DNA of 64,000 bases, taken from contig OZ024740.1 in NCBI GenBank assembly GCA_964016885.1, positions 58,404,001 through 58,468,000 of the forward strand. Reading direction: 5' to 3'. The DNA is from Eledone cirrhosa (lineage: Eukaryota). Shown piece by piece: positions 26,100 to 39,859 of this stretch; within the stretch, counting starts at the first letter, position 1; every line of letters starts with the position of its first letter. The notes beneath the pieces were generated by a model. The model worked only from the letters and a program-made list of their open reading frames with translations, had not been told where the DNA came from and did no database searches. The position numbers and the translations under genes are program-made.

Positions 26100-26145
26100 T
26101 ATATAGTATATATATATATATATATATATATAGTATATATATATA

Positions 26146-26187
<42 letters not shown>

Positions 26188-26203
26188 TATATATATATAT
26201 ATA

Positions 26204-26258
<55 letters not shown>

Positions 26259-26352
26259 TATAGTATATATATATATATATATAGTATATATATATATATA
26301 TATATATATAGTATATATATATATATATATATAGTTTATAGATATATAGTAT

Positions 26353-26407
<55 letters not shown>

Positions 26408-27009
26408 TATATATATATAATATATATATATATATAGTATATATATATATAGTATATATATATATATATAGTATATATATATATATATAATATATATATA
26501 TATAGTATATATATATATATATAGTATATATATATATATATAGTATATATATATATATAGTATATATATATATAGTATATATATATAGTATATATATATA
26601 TATATAGTATATATATATATATATATAGTATATATATATATATAGTATATATATATATAGTATATATATATAGTATATATATATATATAGTATATATATA
26701 TATATATATATAGTATATATATATATATATATATAGTATATATATATATATAGTATATATATATATATATATATATAGTATATATATATATAGTATATAT
26801 ATATATATATAGTATATATATATATATATATATATAGTATATATATATATAGTATATATATATATATATATAGTATATATATATATATATATATATATAG
26901 TATATATATATATAGTATATATATATATATATATAGTATATATATATATATATATATATATAGTATATATATATATAGTATATATATATATATATATAGT
27001 ATATATATG

Positions 27010-27043
<34 letters not shown>

Positions 27044-27152
27044 ATATATATAGTATATATATATATATATATTATATATATATATATATATAGTATATAT
27101 ATATATATATATATAGTATATATATATATATATATAGTATATATATATATAG
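25862..27152. repeat. 1.3-kb (TA)n microsatellite with TAG interruptions
   Basis: Direct reading. Confidence 0.97.
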
Positions 27153-27971
27153 TAGCACACCGCCCAGGCCTTGCTCTTCCTCTCAACCACATCATCTTCT
27201 GTATTCCCAATCTTTGCTCCCAAATACAGGAAGTCTTCAACCAATTCCAGCGGCTTCCCGCCTACATTAGTGATCCCATCTGGCTTCTCAACATTCTCTA
27301 CCAGATATTTTGTTTTAGTCTCATTCATTCTCAGCCCCACACTCATCGACATATTCTCAACGTCCCGCATCAAATCCTCTGCCTCCTTCACTGTATTTGT
27401 TACCAAAACTATGTCATCGGCAAATTCAGTATCCGATACCTTTTTCGCCCCAACTCTCCTGCTCTGAGCCGATGCTACAGTAAAGCCAGCTTGAGATCGG
27501 TGTGGAAGTCGGACCTTCGTAGAGACCTGAAAATCCGCCTCTTCATTGCTGTAGTGGAGTCTGTGCTGCTGTATGGGTCTGAGACTTGGACACTGACCAA
27601 GAAACACACTCAGATGGTGGATGGGTGCTACACGAGAATGTTGAGGATGGCTCTGAACATTAATCAGTATACACTGATGATGAAAAACTCAGAGCTGTAT
27701 GGGAGCATCCCAAAAGTCAGCTCAAAAGTGACACAAAAGAGACTGAGGTTAGCTGGACATGCTCACCGACATCCAGAGTTGACATTGCACTCAGTGCTCC
27801 TTTGGGAGCCCCTACATGGACACACTGGAAGAGGAAGACCAAGGTTAACGTATGTTGATGCCCTAAGGACAGACACTGGTCTGTTGGAGACGCAGGACAT
27901 GGCAGCGATAATGAGGGACAGAGACCGCTGGAGAGAACTCGTCCATGGATCTCTGGAATTTTATCCGCCTT

Positions 27972-27973
<2 letters not shown>
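27153..27973 (+). mobile_element. RTE-clade LINE (family C) with 5' inversion (27153..27490 minus, 27491..27973 plus)
   Basis: Minus part: FADDIVL...GLRMNETKTK...FLYLG...KAWAVC. Plus part continues LRSVWKS...LLYGSETW...RLRLAGH...GRPR. Confidence 0.9.
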
Positions 27974-28002
<29 letters not shown>

Positions 28003-28144
28003 CTTAGGTTAATAGGAGTTAGGTATTGTATACCCGTGTCCCATTAAGGTATTGGCAGCATAATAATTAGCTCTATGCTTTGGAGCAGAGCCGTATATAT
28101 GATAAAGAACACAAGAGCGTCTACAACATCAAAAGATTTTTATT

Positions 28145-28191
28145 GGCTTACAATGTTTCTTCCTTATGTAACCATAGGATTCGTCAGAGCT
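28145..28191 (-). ncRNA. Minimal type I hammerhead ribozyme
   Basis: Minus strand GCT-CTGACGA-ATCCTATG(gtta)CATAAGGAA-GAAA-CATTG-TA-AGC. Confidence 0.75.
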
Positions 28192-28509
28192 ATAAAAGGG
28201 GTTTGATTGGTGTTATGGACTCTACCAACTAAACATTCAAGAACAAAGAGTAAAGAGAGTAAAGAGCAAAAGCAGGGGACGATAAGTCTAATTTTGGTGT
28301 GGGAGGGTGGGGTGTGGGTCCTTGTTTACTAGCTGTGGTCATATTCATTCCCGGGAGTCGAGTGGTTTGTGGAGCCATAGATGGCGTGGCGTCGATAGTA
28401 GGGTGCAGAGGGTGTGCAGAGGCTACACACACACAAAGGGCATACAATATATATATAACGGAGGAGAAAGTACATGAGGTAATTAGAAATGGAATAAGAG
28501 TAATAATAA

Positions 28510-28696
28510 TTGTTTCTACTTTAGGCACAAGGCCAGCAATTACCCAGTGCATTACTGGTACTTTATTTTATCGACCCCGTAAGGATGAAAGGCAAAGTCA
28601 ACCTCGGCGGGATTTTGAACTCAGATCGTAAAGGGACGTAACTATGCTGGAAAGCATGGTGTCTGACCCTCTACCGATACTGCCAATCCACCGCCC
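28510..28696 (-). mobile_element. tRNA-derived SINE type 3 with ~17-bp target-site duplication
   Basis: Homologous to 21003..21190; ATAAGAGTAATAATAAT on both sides. Confidence 0.87.
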
Positions 28697-30215
28697 ATAA
28701 GAGTAATAATAATAATCTATAATTAATAATGTATAATAGTGCATGGGAAAGATTACACTATAATAAGGTATAAAAGTAAGAATAAGGTAAAATATAAAGG
28801 AGGATAAAAGTGAAAATAAGAATAAAGATAAAAAAAATATATAAAAAATATATAGAGAATATATAAAGAAATATAAGCAAGTATGAGAAAGGGTAAAACA
28901 CAATGTAAAAAAACCGATTTTTTCAAATAAAAATATTATAAATATGGGGGGAGAAAACGGGATAGAGAAATATAATCAAATGTGATTAGTTGAGAGAATA
29001 TAAGATGATAATAGTTGTGTCAAGTTTATACATCTTAATAATAAATAATCTGTATATCAGAGTTACACATCCTTCAATTCACTTGCAGGTTCAACCCACG
29101 TGGCATAGTCCTTTGTTCATCTGTGCGGTCATGTGCGTTTGTTTTTGACACCACAACCGATGCACAAGTTCGTAAATTCCAATGCAGATAGAAATCTATT
29201 TTTGTTCACCCAGACATTGACGGAGGATCCAATATTCCTAGTTCATTGCCGACCCAATATGTGTGTGGTGTTATTTTGGTCGCACAAATCAATCACTTGG
29301 TTCAATATTATGGAGTATGGTTTTCTGGTCTTCGTAACACTATCAGTGGTTGTATATCTCGGAATCACAGTACTCCGGTTTGGTGTGATTATCGGTCATC
29401 CAACTATGTTGTCGGTGGTTGGATTCAATTCTATTGCCCAGAACGTAGAACTTTGGTGTTGATTGAACATTAACGAGGCAGAGTGAGATCGCATCTGTCG
29501 TACAAAACGGTACGCAAGGAAATTCTTCGTCTTCATTTCATCCGGGTCCAGCAGTCACGTGCAAGAACCGCTACATAGTAATTGTGAGGGTAATCGGTCA
29601 AGATAGTAACTGACCGAAAATTCTCTTAGGAATTCAGACAGGCATGACAGGTACATTTAGGTCAGCAGTTTCTTCATGTGTACGTGTGTCCGATACACAC
29701 AGACACATATTTATATGTATTTCAACTCAAAAAATTCTATTGATTAGCTTATTGATATTATATCTCTGTTGCTCCGATGTGCATGTTGTGGTGTTCTGGT
29801 CGTGTTTACTATTCACTGTGTTTTGCCATTACCTTGGAATGTGATGTTTTGGTCATCAATGGTCCGGCAAGCGCATTCCTCTCTTACATTGTGGTCCTCA
29901 GTAAACATCAGCAGGAGGGGTGGTGGTTCTCAGTTTCAACTGCGACAATACATACGTGTTACTCTACATATCGTGCTCCTCTCAAAGAAGAGTATTATGA
30001 CGCCCTTATTAACTTGTATTACACGGCTCAGAAATACTTCTTTCTTTGAGCTATTTCATTGTAAAGGACTGTTTGAGTTTAGAACTCTTTATTCATAGTA
30101 TATATATATATATATGTTGTATATATATATATATATAGTATATATAGTATGTATATATATATATAGTATATATATATATAGTATATATATATATATAGTA
30201 TATATATATATATAT

Positions 30216-30745
30216 CATCATCATCATCATCATCACCGTTTTACGTCCGTTCTTCCACGCTAGCATGGGTTAGACGGGTTGTCCTGTTGTGGGCAGTGTC
30301 TGGTCGGCTGACCATGCCTTGCTCATACAGGAACTGATCTGGCTTGATTTCTACAGCTGGATGCCCTTCCTAACACCAACCTCATTTACAGTGAGTGCTG
30401 GGTGCTTTTTCGTGGCGCCTACACGTCCACTTTACAGTGTGGGCTGGGTGCTTTTTTGCCGTGGCACCTCCACGACCACCTTGCGGTGGGGGGGGGGGGG
30501 CATATTGTTTATATGCTTCAGCATGTACCCATGGGAGGTCGGGTACCCTGTATTACTGCGTGACGCCAGAAGTCACGGTCGTGTGTCATTGACTTTGAGA
30601 GGTGTAGTTGGGTAAGGTCGGCTTTTATCACCTCATCCCAAGTCATCTTGGGTCTCCCCACTCCGCGGTTTCCATCAACTTCTAGTGCTCTGCACCTTTT
30701 TATGCAGCTGTCATCCTTCATACGCATGCAGCTGTCATCCTTCAT
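30216..30745 (-). mobile_element. RTE family B 3' fragment
   Basis: MKDDSCIKRCRALEVDG...GRPK, UTR, tail; short duplication at the 5' junction. Confidence 0.9.
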
Positions 30746-30892
30746 ATATATATAGTATATATATATATATATAGTATATATATATATATAGTATATATAT
30801 ATATATATATGTATATATATAGCATATATATATAGTATATATATATATATATAGCATATATATATAGTATATATATAGTATATATATATATT

Positions 30893-31241
30893 ATCATCAT
30901 TTCATTTCATCATTTCAATTTACGTCCGCTTTTACCCTGCTTGCAAGGGTGGGACGGGAACTGATTCTGGCTTGATTTCTACAGCTAGATGCCCTTCCTA
31001 ACACCAACCTCATTTACAGTGAGTGCTGGGTGCTTATTTTTTGCCGTGGCACCTGCACGACCACTTTGCAGTGGAATGATATAGACCCCAGTCCCTATCA
31101 TCTCATTTCTACAGCTGAGTAAACTGGAGCAATGTGAAATAAAGTGTCTTGCTCAAGGAAACAACTCATCACCCGGTCTGAGAATGAACTCACAACCTTT
31201 CGATTGCAAGGCCAATGCTCTAACCACTAAGCCATGTGCCT

Positions 31242-31244
<3 letters not shown>
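30893..31244 (-). mobile_element. tRNA-derived SINE type 1, full length
   Basis: Homologous to 8682..9020. Confidence 0.9.
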
Positions 31245-31311
<67 letters not shown>

Positions 31312-31351
31312 TATATATATAGTATATATATATATATTAGATATATATATA

Positions 31352-31393
<42 letters not shown>

Positions 31394-31408
31394 TATATAT
31401 ATATATAC

Positions 31409-31507
<99 letters not shown>

Positions 31508-31510
31508 ATG

Positions 31511-31569
<59 letters not shown>

Positions 31570-31584
31570 AGAGAAAGAGAGAGA

Positions 31585-33410
31585 GAGAGAGAATTGATCT
31601 AGATGAAATGCAGTTCAGGTTTGTGTCAGGCAAAAGTACCACAGACGCTCTTTTCATTGTATGACAACTACAGGAGAAGTACCTAGCAAAAAGTAAACCC
31701 CTATACTTAGCTTTTGTCGACTTGGAGAAAGCCTTCGACAGAGTCCCCCGTTCCATTATCTGGTGGGCTCTTAGAAAACTAGGTGTTGACGAATGGCTTG
31801 TGAGAGCTATAGAAGCTATGTATAAAGAAACAGTCAGCAAGGTTAGAATTAACAACGAATATAGTGAAGAGTTTAGCGTAAAAGTTGGCGACCATCAGGG
31901 CTGTTCTCAGCCCCCTACTATTTATTATTGCCCTTCAGGCTATAACAAAGGAGTTCAAGACCGGTTGCCCATGGGAACTCCTATACGCAGATGACCTAAC
32001 ACTCATAGCTGAATCAATGGCCGAGCTAGAGAAGAAATTCCAAACATGGAAGCACGGCCTAGAATCAAAAGGCCTTAAAATTAACCTGGCTAAGACTAAG
32101 GTTCTAGTTTGTAAGAAACAAAATAAGGCGGCGGTCCCATCCGGGAAGTGGCCATGCTCAGTGTGCAGGAAAGGCGTAGGTAGAAACTCCATTTTATGTC
32201 CCAAATGCAAAGTATGGGTGCATAAAAGATGTAGTGGGATCACAGGTAAGCTAACTAAGAACATAGATTTTACATGTGGCCGGTGCTCTGGTGCAATAAG
32301 TATCAGCAAGTGCCCACAAAATACTAGCTCTTTCAACTGCGCAGAGGGTTCTATTGAAATAGTGGACAGCTTCCGTTACCTGGGTGACAAAATCAGCAGT
32401 GGGGGAGGGTGCTCTGAAAGTACAGTAGCTAGAGTCAGAACTGGATGGAAAAAGTTCAGAGAGCTTATACCACTATTAGCCGCTAAAGGGTTCTCCCTAA
32501 AAATGAAAGGCAGGTTGTATGATGCCTGCATACGAACAACAATGTTGCATGGCAGTGAGACCTGGGCATTGTGTGCAGAGGATATACGCAGACTAAAGAG
32601 GATCGAAGCTTGCATGCTCCGGTGGATGTGTAATAGTAACATACGTGAACGGCAAAGCATAAACAAACTAAGGAAAAAAATTCGAAATAAGAGGGATCAG
32701 ATGTTGTTTACTCGTGAGAAGGCTACGTTGGTATGGTCACGTGATGCGCATGAAAGACGTTAGCTGTATAACAAAGTGCAGGGCAATAAAGATAGATGGT
32801 AGCCACGGAATAGGCAGACCCAGAAAAACCTGGGACGAGCTGATAAATTCTGACCTCACACACTTACACCTCTCCAAGACAATGTCACTGGACCGAGACC
32901 TTTGGCGGTACTCAGTAATAGAGAAGACCCGCCATACCTAAATACAAAGTAAAACCTACTACAGTCAGTAGGCATCTCTAACAAAATACAACCCCGTCCC
33001 ACCACCCCCACCCCATCCACACCGCCCCTTTCAATGTAAAGTTATGTTGGTGCCACAACATCTAGGCCGAAACAAATGAGATCGTTTAGGTGTCACGACA
33101 AAAAGGCAACACGGTAAAAACCTCCCAGCCCCACACTGTAAATGTGGTTGGTGTTAGGAAGGGCATCCAGCTGTAGAAAACCCGCCAGACAGTCCACGCT
33201 GTAATGTGGCCATGTAGGCAACACGGTAAAAACCTCCAAGCCCCATACTGTAAATGTGCTTGGTGTTAGGAAGGGCATCCAGCTGTAGAAAACCCGCCAG
33301 ATAGTCCTATGCGAGCAAGATAATCACTCTTGCCTCAAGTGCGAAAACCCCCGTCCAAACCCATGCAAGCGTGGAACACGGACGTTAAACGTTGATGATG
33401 ATGATGATGA
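31585..33410 (+). mobile_element. RTE family A, 5'-truncated, with frameshifts
   Basis: ORFs 31722, 31885 and 32714 with RT/PHD motifs; UTR and tail. Confidence 0.93.
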
Positions 33411-33500
33411 TACTATATATATATATATACATATACTATATATATATATATATATATAGTATATATATATGTAGTATATATATAGTATATATATATATAT

Positions 33501-34048
33501 GCAAAAGTTTTATTTAAAATTGTTGGGTTACAACAAGTAAATATTTTATAACTGATATAAAGCACTCGACAAGTTTTTGGAGTAGATATACGATATTAAA
33601 CAAATGGAAACTATATTTATAAAACCATATTTATTTCATTATACATATTTCAGGGATACCATATTAAAAATATGGCATGCCTTCGTCAGATAAAATACAA
33701 TATATAAACAGTTTTATAAATAATTTGGACGTACCATAATATCAGCGACCATTAAATTAGGAGGCTGCCTTGGTAGTGAGGTGTTTATAATTATTTAGTT
33801 ATAGTGTTAAGCACAGTTAGAAAAAAGACGGAGAAAAAGAAGAAATGGAGGTAAAGAAAAACAGAGAGAGGGAGGGGAGAGAGAAAGAAGGAGGAGGTGA
33901 AAAAAGAGAGGCAACCGAAAGCAACAGATAAATAATAATAATTCACCATACAAATAGAGAGATTCAAGAGATATGGTATCCCTGAAATATGTATAATGAA
34001 ATAAATATGATTTTATAAATATAGTTTCCATTTGTTTAATATCGTATA
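33501..34048 (-). mobile_element. Non-coding PLE terminus (same family as 17223) with inverted copy 33971..34048
   Basis: Homology to 17223..17460; hammerhead; inverted arm. Confidence 0.85.
33633..33696 (-). ncRNA. Minimal type I hammerhead ribozyme
   Basis: ATTTTAT-CTGACGA-AGGCATGCCATATT(ttt)AATATGGTATCCCT-GAAA-TATGTA-TA-ATGAAAT: 7-bp stem I, long stem II, intact core. Confidence 0.85.
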
Positions 34049-34091
34049 TATATATAGTATATATATATTATATATATGTATATATATATAG

Positions 34092-34123
<32 letters not shown>

Positions 34124-34192
34124 TATATATATTATATATATGTATATATATATAGTATATATATATATATATATATTATATATATGTATATA

Positions 34193-34232
<40 letters not shown>

Positions 34233-34243
34233 TATATATATAT

Positions 34244-36466
34244 TCATCATCATCATCATCATCATCATCAGGTTTAGCGTCCGTGTTGCACGCTTGCATG
34301 GGTTTGGACGGGGGTTTTCCCACTTGAGGCAAGAGTGGTTGTCTTGCTCGCATAGGACTGTCTGGCGGGTTTTCTACAGTTGGATGCCCTTCCTAACACC
34401 AACCACATTTACAGTGTGGGGCTGGGAGGTTTTTACCGTGTTGCCTACACGGCCACATTACAGCGTGGACTGTCTGGCGGGTTTTCTACAGCTGGATGCC
34501 CTTCCTAACACCAACCACATTTACAGTGTGGGGCTGGGAGGTTTTACCGTGTTGCTACACGGCTACATTTACAGCGTGGACTGTGTGTTTTTTTATCGTG
34601 ACACCTACACGATCTCATTTGTTTCGGCCTGGATGTTGTGGGACCAACATAACTTTACATTGAAAGGGGCGGTGTGGATGGGGTGGAGGTGGTAGGACGG
34701 GGGTGTGTGTTTTGATAGAGATGCCTACTGACTGTAGTAGGTTTTTACTTTGTATTTAGGTAAGGCGGGTCTTCTCTATTACTGAGTACCGCCAAAGGTC
34801 TCGGTCCAGTGACATTGTCTTGGAGAGGTGTAAGCGTGTGAGGTCGGAATTTATCAGCTCGTCCCATGTTTTTCTGGGTCTGCCTACTCCGTGGCTACCG
34901 TCTATCTTTATTGCCCTGCACTTTGTTATACAGCTGTCGTCTTTCATGCGCATCACGTGACCGTACCAACGTAGCCTTCTCTCGAGTAAACAACATCTGA
35001 TCCCTCTTATTTCTAATTTTTTCCTTAGTTCGTTTATGCTTTGCCGTTCACGTATATTACTATTGCACATCCAGCGGATCATGCAAGCTTCGTTCCTCTC
35101 TAGTCTGCGTATATCCTCTGCACACAATGCCCAGGTCTCACTGCCAGGCAGCATTGCTGTTCGTATGCAGGCATCGTATAACCTGCCTTTCATTTTTAGG
35201 GAGAACCCTCTAGCGGCTAATAGTGGTATAAGCTCTCTGAACTTTTTCCATCCAGTTCTGACTCTAGCTACTGTACTTTCAGAGCACCCTCCCCCACTGC
35301 TGATTTTGTCACCCAGGTAACGGAAGCTGTCCACTATTTCTATAGAACCCTCTGCGCAGTTGAAGGAGCTAGTATTTTGTGGGCACTTGCTGCTACTTCT
35401 TGCACCAGAGCACCGGCCACATGTAAAATCTATGTTCTTAGTTAGCTTACCTGTGATCCCACTACATCTTTTATGCACCCATACTTTGCATTTGGGACAT
35501 AAAATGGAGTTTCTACCTACGCCTTTCCTACACACTGAGCATGGCCATTTCCCAGATGGGACTGTTGCCTTATTTTCTTTCCTACAAACTAGAACTTTGG
35601 TCTTAGCCAGGTTAATTTTAAGGCCTTTTGATTCTAGGCCGTGCTTTCATGTTTGGAATTTCTTCTCTAGTTCGGTCATTGATTCAGCTATCAGCGTTAG
35701 ATCATCTGCGTATAGGAGTTCCCATGGGCAGCCGGTCTTGAACTCCTCTGTTATAGCCTGAAGGGCAATAATAATAGTAGGGGGCTAAGAACAGAGCCCT
35801 GATGGACACCAACTTTTACGCTAAACTCTTCACTATATTCGTTGTTAATTCTAACCTTACTGACTGTTTCTTTATACATGGCTTGTATAGCTCTCACAAG
35901 CCATTCGTCAACACCTAGTGTTCTAAGAGACCACCAGATAATGGAACGGGGGACTCTGTCGAAGGCTTTCTCCAAGTCGACGAAAGCCAAGTATAGGGGT
36001 TTACTTTTAGCTAGGTACTTCTCCTGTAGTTGTCGTACAATGAAAAGAGCGTCTGTGGTACTTTTGCCTGACACAAACCCGAACTGCATTTCATCTAGAT
36101 CAATTCTCTCTCTGATTAGTTGCGCTATTACTTTTTCCGTGACCTTCTTGACCTGGTCGATTAATTTAATGCCTCTATAGTTACTCCTATCTAGGGCATC
36201 TCCTTTTCCCTTATAGCAGTTAACGAAGATGCTGCTACGCCAGTCCTTCGGAACAACCCCATTCTGTACGACTTGGGTAACTATCCGGGTGACCATGGTG
36301 TATCCCACCGAACCAGATGCCTTCAGCATCTCAGCAACTATTTCCGAAGGACCAGCCGCCTTACCCGTCTTCATATCTTTGATTGCCTTGCTTATTGTAC
36401 TACCCTGGACTAACACTGCTGGTCCCTCTATTGGGTCGATGTGGGGGAGACTGTCTTTCTCCCATT
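34244..36466 (-). mobile_element. RTE family A, 5'-truncated, frameshift near 35770
   Basis: ORFs 35751..36416 and 34756..35535; UTR with duplicated unit; tail. Confidence 0.94.
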
Positions 36467-36518
36467 TGATTATATATATGTATATATATATATTATATAT
36501 ATGTATATATATATATAG

Positions 36519-36550
<32 letters not shown>

Positions 36551-36741
36551 GTATATATATATATTATATATATGTATATATATATACTATATATATATAT
36601 ATGTATATATATATTATATATATATATATATATAGTATATATATATATATATTATATATATGTATATATATATATATTATATATATGTATATATATATAT
36701 ATTATATATATGTATATATATATATATAGTATATATATATA

Positions 36742-37540
36742 TATTTAGGGAACTACTACCACTGCTAGCTGCAAAAGGCTTCTCCCTCAGAATGAAAGGC
36801 AGACTGTATGATGCGTGTATCCGAACAGCGATGTTGCATGGTAGTGAGACCTGGGCGCTGAAGGTGGAAGACTTACGTAGATTAGAGAGAAACGAAGCCT
36901 GCATGCTCCGATGGATGTGTAACAGAAATATACGTGAACGACAAAGCATAAATGAATTGAGAGAGAGACTGAGCATAAGAGGAATCAAATGCTGCGTGCA
37001 GGAGAGGCGGTTACGCTGGTATGGACATGTGATGCGTATGAAGGATGACAGCTGCATAAAAAGGTGCAGAGCACTAGAAGTTGATGGAAACCGCGGAGTG
37101 GGGAGACCCAAGATGACTTGGGATGAGGTGATAAAAGCCGACCTTACCCAACTACACCTCTCAAAGTCAATGACACACGACCGTGACTTCTGGCGTCACG
37201 CAGTAATACAGGGTACCCGACCTCCCATGGGTACATGCTGAAGTATATAAACAATATGCCCCCCCCCCCACCGCAAGGTGGTCGTGGAGGTGCCACGGCA
37301 AAAAAGCACCCAGCCCACACTGTAAAGTGGACGTGTAGGCGCCACGAAAAAGCACCCAGCACTCACTGTAAATGAGGTTGGTGTTAGGAAGGGCATCCAG
37401 CTGTAGAAATCAAGCCAGATCAGTTCCTGTATGAGCAAGGCATGGTCAGCCGACCAGACACTGCCCACAACAGGACAACCCGTCTAACCCATGCTAGCGT
37501 GGAAGAACGGACGTAAAACGGTGATGATGATGATGATGAT
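36742..37540 (+). mobile_element. RTE family B 3' fragment
   Basis: FRELLPLLAAKGFSLRMKGRLYD... ORF, UTR, (TGA)n. Confidence 0.92.
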
Positions 37541-37544
37541 ATAT

Positions 37545-37579
<35 letters not shown>

Positions 37580-37618
37580 TATATATATATATATATTAAA
37601 TATATGTATATATATATA

Positions 37619-37653
<35 letters not shown>

Positions 37654-37865
37654 GTATATATATATATATAGTATATATATATATAGTATATATAGTATAT
37701 ATATATAGCATATATAGTATATATATATATATATAGTATATATATATATAGTATATATATATATAGTATATATAGTATATATATATATAGTATATATATA
37801 TATATAGTATATATAGTATATATAGTATATATATATATAGTATATATATATATATAGTATATATA

Positions 37866-37901
<36 letters not shown>

Positions 37902-38112
37902 TATATATATATATATATATATAGTATATATATATATATAGTATATATATATATATAGTATATATAGTATATATATATATAGTATATATATATATATATA
38001 GTATATATATATATATAGTATATATAGTATATATATATATATATATAGTATATATAGTATATATATATATATATATCGTATATATAGTATATATATATAT
38101 ATATAGTATATA

Positions 38113-38457
38113 TCATCATTTCATCATCATTTCATTTCACGTCCGCATTTTCCCTGCTTGCAAGGGTGGGATGGGAACTGATTTTTGGCTTGGTTTCTAC
38201 AGCTGGATGCCCTTCCTAACACCAACCTCATTTACAGTGAGTGGTGGGTGCTTTTTTGCCGTGGCACCTACACGACCACTTTGCAGTGGAATGATATGGA
38301 CCCCAGTCCCTATCATCTTATTTCTACAGCTGAGTAAACTGGAGCAATGTGAAATAAAGTGTCTTGCTCAAGGAAACAACACATCGCTCGGTCTGAGAAT
38401 TGAACTCACAACCCTTCGATTGCAAGGCCAATGCTCTAACCACTAAGCCATGTGCCT

Positions 38458-38460
<3 letters not shown>
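38113..38460 (-). mobile_element. tRNA-derived SINE type 1, full length
   Basis: Homologous to 8682..9020. Confidence 0.9.
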
Positions 38461-38517
<57 letters not shown>

Positions 38518-38518
38518 G

Positions 38519-38549
<31 letters not shown>

Positions 38550-38629
38550 TACATATATATATATAGTATATATATAGTATATATATATATATAGTATATA
38601 TATATATAATATATATAGTATATATATAT

Positions 38630-38975
38630 GTCCCACCCCCACCACCCCCACCCCATCCACACCACCCCGTTCTATGTAAAGTAATGTTGGTGCCGCGCCA
38701 TCCAGGCCGAAACAAATGAGATCGTGTAGGTGTCACGACAAAAAAACACACAGTCCACGCTGTAATGTGGCCGTGTAGGCAACACGGTAAAAACCTCCCA
38801 GACCCACACTGTAAATGTGGTTGGTGTTAGGAAGGGCATCCAACTGTAGAAAACCTGCCTGACAGTCCTATGCGAGCAAGAAAATCACTCTTGCCTCAAG
38901 TGGGACTACCCCCGTCCAAATCCATGCAAGCGTGGAACATGGACGTTAAACATTGATGATGATGATGATGATGAT
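38630..38975 (+). mobile_element. RTE family A 3' UTR fragment
   Basis: Matches 25540..25860. Confidence 0.88.
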
Positions 38976-38977
38976 AG

Positions 38978-39008
<31 letters not shown>

Positions 39009-39017
39009 TATATAGTA

Positions 39018-39858
39018 TACGAGTGGGGATCAAAAAGTTCGCGGAATTTTATCGTAGTAAGAAAAAAATAGATTTAAACAATATTAAACATGTCAGAACA
39101 TTGTCACTGGGTGTTTACCTTGCCATTAGACACTTGCAGTCAGTCATGCGCGGATTATTGTAAAGTACTGACACTCTTTAAAAAACCTCTTTTTGGAACA
39201 ATGGAAAATAGTTATTTTGAGATAAGATCGAATATCAAGTTTTAGGTGAAACTCAAATGAAAAGGGACACAGATTGTGGAGGTTTTAGTTAAATTTACGG
39301 TACTACTGCTCCAAAGAAAACTGCTGTCTACAAGTGGATTCAGCGATTCAAACAAGGGAGAGACGACCTTGAAGACGACCATCGCAGTGGAAGACTAAGA
39401 ACATCAAAAAATGACCAAAACGTTGAAGCTGCTCAGACTTTAATTGAAGAAGATCGAAGAATAACAGTTAATCAGTTAGCTAAGTCCCTAGACATTTCAT
39501 ATGGTTCGGCAAATTCAATTCTGCACGATAATTTGGGACTAAGCAAGCTTTCAGCGCGATGGGTCCCAAAAGCGTTGCGCCCCGATCTGCTGATTATTCG
39601 AAGTGATCTGTCTTTGACGATATTAAACAAAATTGAAGTTGATGAAGAGCATTTCCTGACCAGAATCATCACCGAAGATGAAACCTGGATCCACCAGTAT
39701 GATGCTGAATCCAAACAGCAGTCAAAACAGTGGCTTCCACGTGGATCATCGGGGCCAATCAAGTTCAAATCTCAAAAGTCGGATCAAAAAGTGATGGCCA
39801 CCATTTTCTGGGATTCAGATGGGGTGATACTAGTAGATTATCTTGAAGGTCAAAGAAC
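39018..39858 (+). mobile_element. Mariner DNA transposon, left part (TIR + broken transposase), truncated at an RTE
   Basis: TA-CGAGTGGGGATCAAAAAGT terminus; HTH region (VYKWIQRF..GR..LEDD.RSGR); WVPKAL and ITEDETWIHQYD motifs. Confidence 0.9.
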
Positions 39859-39859
39859 T

